A DNA stretch of 63,811 nucleotides, counting the filler, from Octopus bimaculoides (taxonomy: Eukaryota), in NCBI RefSeq assembly GCF_001194135.2. It is 12 parts of 9 records of this genome, joined end to end, with 100 filler letters (N's around TTAATTAATTAA, not from the genome) between each part and the next. Parts side by side here need not be neighbours in the genome. Positions count along the whole stretch, not along the records: positions 7,615 to 14,511 come from NC_068990.1; positions 14,612 to 16,275 come from NC_068983.1; positions 16,376 to 22,013 come from NC_068986.1; positions 22,114 to 25,518 come from NC_069002.1; 8 more parts are not named here. One strand, written 5' to 3'. Both the position numbers and the translations under genes were made by a program. The notes below the pieces were generated by a model. It ran no database searches and had not been told where the DNA came from. It saw only the letters and a list, made by a program, of their open reading frames with translations. The first letter of the stretch is position 1. Each line of letters begins with the position of its first letter. Of this stretch, positions 13,305-24,729 are shown piece by piece.

Positions 13305-13350
13305 AACACAACGTTTCGGCTGATATACCCTCCAGCCTTCATCAGGTGTC
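13305..13350 (-). ncRNA. Minimal type I hammerhead ribozyme motif (left-arm copy)
   Basis: Exact reverse complement of the 13665-13710 motif. Confidence 0.7.
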
Positions 13351-13391
13351 TTGGGGAAATTTCGAACCTGGGTTCTCATTCGATGTTGTTG

Positions 13392-13429
<38 letters not shown>

Positions 13430-13555
13430 TAGGTCACTGCCTCGAATCGAACTCGGAATCTTAACCACTATGCCATATGCCCGTGGGCATATGGCATAGT
13501 GGTTAAGAGCACGGGCTACTAACCCCAAGATTCCAAGTTCGATTCCAGGCAGTGA

Positions 13556-13601
<46 letters not shown>

Positions 13602-13664
13602 AACAACAACAACAACATCAAAAAATACCTTAGGAATGAGAACCCAGGTTCGAAATTTCCCCAA

Positions 13665-13710
13665 GACACCTGATGAAGGCTGGAGGGTATATCAGCCGAA
13701 ACGTTGTGTT
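13665..13710 (+). ncRNA. Minimal type I hammerhead ribozyme motif
   Basis: gacac-CTGATGA-a-ggctg(gagggtatat)cagcc-GAAA-CGTT-gtgtt. Stem I gacac/gtgtt, 5-bp stem II, palindromic AACGTT in place of stem III, putative GUU cleavage after 13705. Confidence 0.7.
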
Positions 13711-13862
13711 AACAACAAACAAGATGAGGACAAATATCCGTCAATTGTAAATAATCTAAGAGTAGGAGGTTCGTGATTATCAATGACTATGGAAAAAATG
13801 TATATGTTTCATAAATAGGATAAATTAAAACAGATAAAATAAAATACTAAATTGTTTCAATT

Positions 13863-13907
<45 letters not shown>

Positions 13908-13909
13908 AG

Positions 13910-14007
13910 GCTGGATGTTGGATGCTGAAAGCAGACCCTCTTTTAATGAATTAGAGGTTGAATTTGGTAAAATGTCAAGAGATCCTGGACGCTATTTGGT
14001 CATTGAA
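13910..14007 (+). CDS. EGFR: EGFR/ErbB kinase C-terminal exon, 98 nt
   Basis: About 42-T polypyrimidine tract + gcag acceptor, and gtaagt donor. Translates (C)[32 protein letters not shown], matching EGFR CWMIDADSRPKF...MARDPQRYLVIQ. Confidence 0.96.
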
Positions 14008-14611
14008 GTAAGTCACATCTAAATTGTATCAGACATAGTTTAATTAATAATGTTAGTTATGAATCATGAAAATAGTGAAGTAGGTGTAGTTACAGCAAAT
14101 ACATGGATAGATAGAAATTCTTAAATTCTCTCAATTTCCTGTAATTCAGTCAGCCTCGTGATCCCAGCAGACAAAATGGAAAAGGCATTGCTCCAGAGAA
14201 TAGTAGAGGATCACAGGGCTCACACTTGCAGATAACCACCTGTACCTCAATAGTGGTGAGCAGGGATATTGTCCAGGGGCTGAAAATTCTGGAGGTCTTC
14301 CCTGCACAGGCTTCACCATAAACTTGTTAGAGAGCAACAGATAATTTGAGAGATAGATAAATAGATATACTTTTATTATATTATTACTGTTGTTGATATA
14401 ATATACACTTTTCTATTTTTGCATGGGACACAGGAAATTAGTTGATGCAGATTTTCTGTAGCCAGATGCCCTTCCTGTTGCCAACCTGAAGATGAAATAT
14501 TACCTTATTTGNNNNNNNNNNNNNNNNNNNNNNNNNNNNNNNNNNNNNNNNNNNNTTAATTAATTAANNNNNNNNNNNNNNNNNNNNNNNNNNNNNNNNN
14601 NNNNNNNNNNN

Positions 14612-14666
<55 letters not shown>

Positions 14667-15186
14667 TATGTATATAGGGGCAAACGTGGCTGTGTGATAA
14701 GAAGTTTGCTTCCCAACCAAATGGTTCCGGATTCGATCCCACTGCATCTCAGTTTGGGCAAATGTCTTCTTATATGATCTCGGGCCGACCAAAGCCTTGT
14801 GAGTAGATCTTGGTAGACGGAAACTGAAAGGAACTCGTCGTGTATGTCTGTGTGAGAGCATATGCCTTTGTGTTTGCTGATGTGGAGCAAACACAAAGGC
14901 ACACACTCACACACACACAAATACGCTCACACATATACGACGGGCTTTTTTGAATTTCCGTCTACCATATCTACTCGCAAGGCTCTAGTCGGCCGGCCCG
15001 AGGGTATTCGAGAAGACGCTAGCCGTAAGTGCTACGCATTAAAATTTAACTCGAAACTAAATGGCTAAGAAGCGGACTTCTAAAGCACACACCGGATTTA
15101 ATGTCTTTTGTCAGCAGTATACACAATCAAGCTGAAATGGAGGAACCGGAAACCTAATTACTACCAGCACTCCTAATATTACATAC

Positions 15187-15423
15187 CTTTTTTCAATTGA
15201 TAGTAGTCTGTGTGTTCACAATCTTCTGATTTCAAAGTGTTGTTTGTTGAGGCATCTTCGGATAACAGGCTACATATATCATTCTTATTGTCATAGTTGA
15301 ATGCTAAGCATTCCTTGATTTGCTGACATTTCTTTGCGCAGTTGTTTGGGTGTGCAGCGATGTAAATGTAGATGGGACTTATTTTAAGTAATGCTCGCTG
15401 GACACGGATAAATTTTCCCAAAC
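15187..15423 (-). CDS. Internal exon encoding a PAN/apple domain (symmetrical phase 1-1, 237 nt); parent gene unidentified
   Basis: On the - strand, ttttcag acceptor after a pyrimidine tract and gtatgt donor. Stop-free: (G)LGKFIRVQRALLKISPIYIYIAAHPNNCAKKCQQIKECLAFNYDNKNDICSLLSEDASTNNTLKSEDCEHTDYYQLKK(G). It has the PAN core C-x3-C-x5-C-x2-F-x-Y...C-x-L and a terminal YY. Confidence 0.75.
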
Positions 15424-15484
15424 CTGAAAAGATAAATGCAAAATGGATGACGACCAAAGCAAAATGCTCTCCTCGGCGGTCTTG

Positions 15485-15730
15485 CTACCAAGATACTACC
15501 TCCCTATGCAACATGATGCTGTTGCTAAAATAATATACAATGCCATTGAGAAAAAAGACTGACTTGAAATAAATATAAAGAATCTCCCTGTTATTGAATA
15601 CATTCACAGACATCAATACAAGGAATAGTGGTGGGACATCTCCATCAAAACTTCTGACAAGTGTAAATATAATTAGCCGGATATGGTTGTTTGAGACAGG
15701 CAAGAAAAAGCATGTACCATCATATAAGTC
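15485..15730 (+). mobile_element. Degenerate RLE-type non-LTR retrotransposon fragment
   Basis: RYYLPMQHDAVAKIIYNAI...WWDISIKTSDKCKYN*PDMVV*DRQEKACTII corresponds to RHD..WWD..HNRPDIVVWD..CxIIE, with in-frame stops. Confidence 0.65.
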
Positions 15731-15904
15731 AGCGAAATTGGCTGCGATATATTTTATTCGATGCTCTAATGGCTCTTCTACATGTCTCATCATTACTACG
15801 CCACTGATTTTGTAGGCAAATTAAAATACATTAATTATTGATAGTTCTTAGTTGCTTATCAGAAACACCTGATATATTAGATATATTCTTTTCTACTCTA
15901 TGCA

Positions 15905-16275
15905 CAAGGCCCAAAATGTTTTGGGAGGAGGGAACCAGTCGATTAGATCGACCCCAGTACACAAGTTGTACTTAATTTATCGACCTTGAAAGGATGAAAG
16001 GCAAAGTCGACCTCGGCAGGATTTGAACTCAGAAAGTAAAAACAGACGAAATACCGCTAAGCATTTCACCCGGCGTGCTAACCTTTTCTATTTCTTTATT
16101 ACCCACAAGGGGCTAAACATAGAGGGGACAAACAAGGACAGACAAAGGGATTAAATCGATTATATCGACCCCAGTGCGTAACTGGTACTTATTTAATCGA
16201 CCCCGAAAGGATGAAAGGCAAAGTTGATCTCGGCGGAATTTGAACTCAGAACGTAGAGGCAGACGAAATACCGCT
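15905..16275 (-). mobile_element. SINE family A, two tandem copies
   Basis: Shared core atcgaccccagt..actggtac..tttatcgacc..gaaaggatgaaaggcaaagtcgacctcggc.gaatttgaactcagaacgt, which includes a B-box on the - strand. Confidence 0.75.
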
Positions 16276-16778
16276 NNNNNNNNNNNNNNNNNNNNNNNNN
16301 NNNNNNNNNNNNNNNNNNNTTAATTAATTAANNNNNNNNNNNNNNNNNNNNNNNNNNNNNNNNNNNNNNNNNNNNATATATATACACACACTTTCCTTCT
16401 ATACAATCATGCACGCGCAGCACAGTAAATATTTGTGTATGAATTTATGTAATCTATCTATACATCCATGTATATAAATATAAATATATATGTATCTATA
16501 TAATGCAAGAGAGTTAGGGTTTGAGGATTCAACCCACTAAGGGATAATATATATCCAATATACTGCTGGGAAGGTACCCAATTATTGTTACTCTAGTGTT
16601 GTACCAAGTGTAATAAGTGGGTGCGGGTATAGGGGGTTATTTTACCCTAAATTTATATAGCAATAAGAAAATGGAGGAGAATATGCAGTATCACACTGTC
16701 TGCAAGTCGATGGATACCGCATATTTTCTTCCATTTTCTTATTGCTATATGTATCTATATATATATATGTGTGTACAT

Positions 16779-16810
<32 letters not shown>

Positions 16811-16839
16811 ACACAAATATATATATATATATATGTATC

Positions 16840-17336
16840 TTAGAAGGAAAAGGACAACAAAAACCAAAGCAGGATAGGTGTCTCAAGTCATTTACAATAT
16901 TTAATTAGAATAAGCTGTTTCTGGGATATTCCCACGTGATAAGCTAACATGTCCACACACGAGGTATTCCGTCACTAGAGACAAGGTGAGTATATCTAAA
17001 AATTATAAACAGGGAAATTCACTGTCTATGAATAATAGTATAATGAATAAAATAGTAGATAGAAGAATAAAGAGTAAAACAGTAGATAGAAGAATACAGA
17101 CAAGAGAATAAAGTTCGCAGTTCATCTTATGACTGTGAATTTCCATGTCTAGAACTTTCCTATATACTCACCTTGTCTCTGATGGCAAAGTACCCAGTGT
17201 ACAGACATGCTTGCCTATCACTTGGGATATCCCAGAAACAGCTGTAAGACTTCAGATTCCCCTTCCTTTAATTAAATATTCTAATTGACTTGAGATACCT
17301 GTCCTACATTTTTTGTTGTTGTCCTTTTTCCTCTAA
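16840..17336. mobile_element. Diverged inverted-repeat element (arms 16840-17026 and 17131-17336) with a degenerate hammerhead-like motif
   Basis: Arms align as reverse complements (gacaaggtgagtatat/atatactcaccttgtc; agctgtttctgggatat/atatcccagaaacagct; tctcaagtca/tgacttgaga). The right arm has gtct-CTGATGG...tccca-GAAA-CAGCTG-TA-agac (17175-17250). Confidence 0.65.
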
Positions 17337-17525
17337 TTTAAAATATACTTACTAACTCGGAAGCCTAATACGGACCCCTAGCTCCAGTCTCGGCCGTTTA
17401 CTTGGAACCTATTCGTTTAGATCACCAGTGAAATAAATCCCTCATATTCTACACACACACACACACACACACANNNNNNNNNNNNNNNNNNNNNNNNNNN
17501 NNNNNNNNNNNNNNNNNNNNNNNNN

Positions 17526-17570
<45 letters not shown>

Positions 17571-18399
17571 ATGTGTGTGTGTGTGCATGTATATAGATAG
17601 ATATATCTATATGCGTATATATTTATGCCTACACTCCTACACTTACATTAATAAACGCATAAACATACACGTGTATATAAATTTAGTGACAGTGAGGCTT
17701 AAATCCAACACCGAACGCCCATCTCCATTCTGGTTTCCGTGTGGCATGAGCCACCCAGAATGTACAGTACATCTCGTTCAGTTCGTCGTAATGCCAAACC
17801 GTAGCTGTTACTATTTTCATTTTTTTGCTGAATGCAATGAAATAACGGGGACTGATACGTGTTTCGCATGAACCGATCGTGCCCAGTCCGGAAAGTGAGA
17901 CTATCACTCAACGAACTGACGTCCAACCCTCTTCCGACTAAGCTGTGTTGCCTCGCATATATTTATAAACACAAGTTCTGTTGTTATCTAAAATAAAATA
18001 ACGTTAATGTAAATAAAATTCTCCTTTAAAAGAACTGAATTTCCTGTTGAAAAAATAATAAATAAACAGTTTTTGTAGAAAATAAAACGGTATTTGAAAC
18101 TAATGTGCGTAGAAAAAATTCCGCCACGAAGTCGTTCTTATCATACATCCGATTAATACATTTCCATGTTGAGCACGCACTCACACAATGCACAATCTTA
18201 CTTCAGTTTTCGAAGGTACATCAATTTTATTGACTACTTAAAGTTCCACTTGTTCTGTGGTAATTATCCCTTGTAACACATGTGCTTCAACCCTGACCTT
18301 TCATAGACATCTAAGCAAAAAAAAATGAAGCTAGTCTTAAAACACAATCCCCCATATCTTTCGTAGAAACATTACTCATAATCCTATAATATCCAAGTG

Positions 18400-19500
18400 T
18401 TTCACTTATGGTTGCGTTGCAGCAGCTCAGGAAAAGAACATGACCTACTACGTTTGAGAAAAAAGAAAAAAAAAAAATTAGAAAGCGAACAACTTTTACC
18501 CACCACCATAAGTCCTGTAAGGCCATCGCTCGAAATCATTTCATCAATCACCCAGCCCATTAGGTCTTGCATCCTTCAAACAACAAGCGTCTTTTCGGTC
18601 TCTTCTCCGTTGTTGAGAAACTCAGCTTTACTAAATCTTCCTTTACTCCTTTCAACCGAACAATTGTGGGTCTGTAAACAGCACCACAACAGAAAAATTC
18701 TCCTTATTTGCTGCCCACGTTGCGTCCAACTCCACATGGCACACAAAAGGTAAACCCCACGCTGATATTCCTCTCGATTTATCATCATTTACCTCTTCAC
18801 ACCAAATGCGAAACCTCTTCGTTCATTACTCAACAAAATCATCAACTCTGACCAATATCCCTTCCATAACCCAAAACATTAGACCTAAAACTAACTCCTA
18901 TTATCAACAAGCTTTTCAATCACAATCGCTCTCCACACTTATACTCTCTCTTTCACTCACTGAAGAAACCCATTTCCATCTTTGGAAATACATTGCGCCA
19001 TTTCTAAGACGTACATTACGTCTGATCCTATGAACTTCCACCCTATCGCTCTTACTTCTAATATCTCAAAGCTGATGTAGACAATCATTAAGCGACACAT
19101 TCTCCAACAGCTTCAATCTCTCTCGCTCTTTAATTACCAGCAGTACGACTTCTGTAAAACCTGTTCCACTTGTAGACTCTTATGTCACTAACTAGTAGAA
19201 AATTTAGTGAATGTGGTACCTGGTATCGACAAAGAATTTCACTCGTATCTGGCATGCATTTACCAACTCTTTGTCATCTGTTCAAGCACTACTATCACAG
19301 CATGTGGTAATGGATATATATCCGCCCCACAGACTATCAACTCTGGTGTGCTCCACGGTTCGGTTATATCACCCACATTCCTCTTCCAATACTTCTCCAA
19401 CAACACCCACTGATAAACAGGTGATGAAATCCTTTACTTTCACCTAAATTTCTGTGCTTATTTCTCATGTATATGAAGCTTAGAAACAGCGTGCTAAACC
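18400..19500 (+). mobile_element. Degenerate CR1/Jockey-group LINE reverse transcriptase region
   Basis: Frameshifted motifs NFHPIALTSNISKLM, QQYDF, GIDKEFHSYL (cf. DISKAFDRVWH) and INSGVLHGSVISPT. Confidence 0.7.
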
Positions 19501-20275
19501 TTCACCGAATCTATTATCGGAGACCTTGAAAACATCCCCAAAAAGGGTAACATCAATTTTCATGATGTGTATGCAACTAGTATACACATCATGAATACAA
19601 TGTTGTGTCCTCAACTCTTAAACATAATATAAAACAAAATTGCTTCGGAAAAGTGGATTGTACCCTTCAGAAAATACTAACCATATACAAAATTTAATTG
19701 GGATACACAGTAGAATATTACACCTACAGTTAGAATGGATCTGCTACTATGAATAAGTATATATCCTAGAAAATATTCTGAAAACGGACACCCGAATGAT
19801 AGGCATGGAGTCGATCCTGAAAACACTCCATCACCAGGACAAAAAGTACAACTTCTTAATGGTTTTCTAACACAACTCTTGTGACTTCTGCTTCTTGACG
19901 CTGGCTTATCATGGCAATTCTAATTTAGATCTCTCAACTCATACGTCTATCTATTTTCCTCATTTATATTTTATCCCGTACCTAACTCCTGCATTCTTCC
20001 TCCCACAAACATTGTTCCTTCTGGTATTCTCTTACTGCATCTCTTGTAGCTATTCAGCAGCAACTTTAACCATCACGATCACATGTCCCAGGTCCTTCCT
20101 TGTGACAAAGGGGCAGGGAGACGAAAGACCTTAAAATACGAATAAAAGAGTAAACATATGAGTATATTTGAGTTTCTGTGTTTGAATGTGTGCTCTTATA
20201 TCCCGCGTAAATATTTTCTTATTTCTATTTCTATATTAATATATACATTTTATATATATATATCTATAAATATAT

Positions 20276-20311
<36 letters not shown>

Positions 20312-20359
20312 GCACACGCACATACACATATACTCTAATAACTACATCTTTTATATTTT

Positions 20360-20421
<62 letters not shown>

Positions 20422-21001
20422 GTCTATTTATCTATCTGTCTCTACATGGATGTATATCTACATGTATATATATATATATAGCATAGTGGTTTTGTAAAGC
20501 ATTTAAGCGTGTGTGCTGTTTCAGGAATCCGGAATTCTTGCAGCCTGCATCCAGCTTTACAATCAGCACCGATCGTAACACAACTGCTCTGTCACCACCA
20601 CCGACATTAGCACAGTCATGTATCTTCTCATTCACTACACACACATTCCACTATTGATGCTGTGTACGTGTGTTTGGTGTGCAGTAGTTATTACAGATCT
20701 ACACCAACAAACATATCGAGCAGCCAACACATTTATCGTCTCTTCACTTTTAACATTGATATTATATAGAGGGGATTCTGAATATTTTTTTATAGTACAT
20801 CATGCTTGTCTATCTGTCTATCTATCTATGTATCTATCTATCTATCTATGCATACACACACACCACACAGACATACTGAAACACATAGGTATACACACAT
20901 ATAACGCGAGCACATGAACATAGATGCACTTACATTCTCACACATATTCCTACGTGAACATACACATAGACACAAATATGTAAATACACAAACATATATA
21001 T

Positions 21002-21060
<59 letters not shown>

Positions 21061-21220
21061 CGCGCGTACGAACACGCACACATACAGATATTCACACGAA
21101 TATATGTATCTCTCTCTCCCCCTCTTTCTCTCTATATATGTATATGTGCATATTCTTCCATCCCGCCAAACATGCATACATATACACACAAATATATATA
21201 CACAATTACATACACACACA

Positions 21221-21255
<35 letters not shown>

Positions 21256-21402
21256 NNNNNNNNNNACACAGACATACTGAAACACATAGGTATACACACA
21301 TATAACGCGAGCACATGAACATAGATGCACTTACATTCTCACACATATTCCTACGTGAACATACACATAGACACAAATATGTAAATACACAAACATATAT
21401 AT

Positions 21403-21438
<36 letters not shown>

Positions 21439-21530
21439 NNNNNNNNNNTATATATATATATACACTCACACACACATGCATACATACACACATAAACAGA
21501 CAAACACACATATAGACAGAGAGATAAACT

Positions 21531-21564
<34 letters not shown>

Positions 21565-21973
21565 ACACATGGCCAGTTCTTTGTAGGTTTGACAATAAGA
21601 TGGCTAAGAAAGTATGTATATAACTCCTCGCGTCTTATAGGCAACTAAGACAATTAGCGAAAACGTAATAATTGCCCATAGGTCACACTCACGCACGAGT
21701 GACGGCTATGTTTTACTATTTATCTAAATTCACACACATATACACACACGCACTTACACACATGCACACACACACACACATACATACATATATACACACA
21801 CACGCACACATTTGTAACCAATGTCGTTAAGAAGCTTGTTTTCCAATCACATGGTTCCAGGTTTTGTCCCACTGCGTAGCATTTGGCCAAGTGTCTTCTT
21901 TTATTGCCACGAGCCGACTAAAGCCTTTTAAATGGATCTAGTAGACAGAAACTGAAAGAAGCCCATCGTATGT

Positions 21974-22005
<32 letters not shown>

Positions 22006-22162
22006 TATATATANNNNNNNNNNNNNNNNNNNNNNNNNNNNNNNNNNNNNNNNNNNNTTAATTAATTAANNNNNNNNNNNNNNNNNNNNNNNNNNNNNNN
22101 NNNNNNNNNNNNNACACACACACACACACGCACACACGCACACGCACACACGCGCACGCACG

Positions 22163-22219
<57 letters not shown>

Positions 22220-23093
22220 GCGCACAAAGATAGGTCTATATATATATATATATATAATTCACAGGACTCGGATTTGTTTCCTCACAACTTTCAGAAAGAA
22301 AATGAGCATTCTTTTATGAAATTGTCAGCAAATACCTTTCAGAATATGAGAGATACGATTATGTAGGAATTTAAAATGGAAAATAAAATGCTGAGCATAC
22401 ACACGTCACAATATGTTTCTAAATGTAAAGTTTCATTTCGTTAGAATCGGTCATGCGTGTTAGTATGTTTGTTTTTGAACGCGCCATCAACTTTTACAGT
22501 TTAGGTTGTGATATAATTGTAACGTACACCTTCTAAAGCGTATTGTTTATAAAATTGCCCTTTAAAATGTTATCGAGAGCACACTTGTGTAGGTATACCT
22601 ATGTCTCATGGATTCTCCCATCCTTAAAGGACGCATGAGTGCCGAACAAACACACAGTTGATTTGTTTATAGTGATCAAATGTTTGTGTTTACATAACCT
22701 CACTCTCTCTCCATCAAATCGATATAACGTGTACAGGGGCACCATGTGCCATATGTCAGATGACGAAATAATTGCAGAGCAACGTAAATAGAACCGAACT
22801 CACGATCTCGTATATATAAGTGGTGGCCCAGCATGACATCGCTTTCTATCTCGAAATGGTTAAGAAGTTAAAGAGTTATATATATATATATATATAAAAC
22901 CCGGGTCTGTGTGTATCACGTTAGGCTAGAGATTGGAACGATGATTTCCCTTTGCAAATACTAATCAGATACGACAGTGTGTCGTTAGCCAGCTGGAGGG
23001 ATGTCTTCCTGGGGCTATAAACAACAATAGCATCGAACCAAATGGGACCATCACATTTAGGTGATAAATATACCTCACAATATATATGTGTGC

Positions 23094-23145
<52 letters not shown>

Positions 23146-24698
23146 CAGTGTATAAGAAATCAGTTTTCCCCTACATACGGTTTCACACGACTCGCACTCA
23201 CGTTTGCCCGAAGCACAGCCAAAGACACCCATACATATAAAGTCAGTACAGATCTTCTGTTGCTTCCCCAACAATCTAACATGTAGAGCACGTAGCGGTG
23301 TTTTCCGATTTGTTCGTTTGTGATTCCTCTCATACATATGTGTATGTATGTACGTGCGTGTGTGGACGGATGTATATATGTTTGTGTGTGTGCGTTCGTG
23401 TGTGTGAGCGTTTATATAATCGTGTGGGTATGTATAAATATTCATGTGCACAAATGCCACAAATACTGTCAAGATACATTGGTATTAATGGAAATATCGG
23501 CACCGATATATCCACCGGCAAATTGGGAAGCAGTTTTAAATTATATGAAAAGCAAATGTTGTTATCAATATAGTACATAGCGTTCAAAGAACATTCTATA
23601 CAGCATATAACACGACCTAACAGGGTTAAAATTTGTAGCGCTTGTGTGCGCGTGTGCGTGTGAGTGTGCGTATGTGTGTGTGTTTATGTGTTTGTATCTA
23701 TGTATATGTATATATATGTATATATATATACGTGTGTGTGTGTGTGTGTCTGTGTGTGTGTGTGTGTGCATACATCGTATTACACATACACGCATAATTA
23801 CCCAGAATCCCAACAACACACACGCACATATCGCTTGTGTAATCTAAAGTTTGTAGATTTAGAATTTAAAAGTGCAATGTAAACGTTTGATATGAAGATC
23901 TAGTCGTTTAAATTAATATCTGTTTATAATTATGTTTTCTTAATAACCCTGAAGCAATCTTGAAGATTGCTTCGAAGATATTCGAGTATAATTTCTTGTG
24001 ACACCAGAAAGAAATGGAAGATATAAGAAATTGAAAAAGAAATTGCAAAGTCTGTCATCTTACCGTTCCTATGAAGTAACTTTTTAGGCTTCACTACAAG
24101 TTGTCTCTTCCTTCATAAGACGTAAAGTATTTTCCAGTGTTTGAATGAATAGATATTAGCTGCGTTTTTATTGTGGAGTTCACGACATTCTCTATAGATT
24201 TCACTTTTCATATTGATACAATACATTCCATCACAATAATGTTACTTTTATAATGCATTCAATAAGGACGGAACTGACCTCTAATTGTAAAAGAGAATCT
24301 TTTTGATGCAAAGACAGATCTTTCGTTATTTCCGTTGAGTGAAATAATTCTTATCCCAAGATCCTTAGATATAAGAATTCACTATCTTGTAAAATGTAAA
24401 CTTGGTAGCCATTTTGTTAGCCCTTACGTAAATTCTGGTTGGGTTTTTTAAAAGCACCGTTGCAAGTATTTTACGTCGCTCACCAATTCTATTATCTCAT
24501 TCGGTTCTCTTATTTGCTAATCGATTACTTTAGAGAGAAACATTGTATGCAATTGTTTAGGAAGATTCCTTAAATAGCAAGTTCAATAATGGCAATGAGG
24601 TCATGCTTATTGTATATATACTGATGTGTGCGTATATACATGAGCGTATATATTATTCTATTGTTTTTCAGGAAAATGTTGATATATATAGGCATATA

Positions 24699-24729
<31 letters not shown>

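Larger units (their letters stand above)
13224..13755. mobile_element. Palindromic non-autonomous element: two head-to-head arms of tRNA-like head + (AAT/AAC)n + Penelope-like tail with hammerhead ribozyme
   Basis: Arms are near-perfect reverse complements centred at 13483/13484 (tgccatatgccc-gt-gggcatatggca). A-box TGGCATAGTGG 13492-13502, B-box GTTCGATTC 13537-13545. Hammerhead cores at 13665-13710 (+) and 13305-13350 (-). Confidence 0.8.

Noticed and set aside
17848-17890. Hairpin ggactg...cagtcc with GAAACACGTA on the - strand as another hammerhead
   Set aside because: The CUGANGA core is absent; calling it would require assuming a deletion.
20865-21437. Identical direct repeat of about 170 bp offset by 401 nt
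   Set aside because: The second copy is bracketed by 10-N mini-gaps, indicating a gap-filling artefact.
23951-23973. Perfect 11-bp-arm palindrome GAAGCAATCTT-G-AAGATTGCTTC
   Set aside because: It is isolated and short, does not fit a heat-shock element spacing, and has no supporting context.
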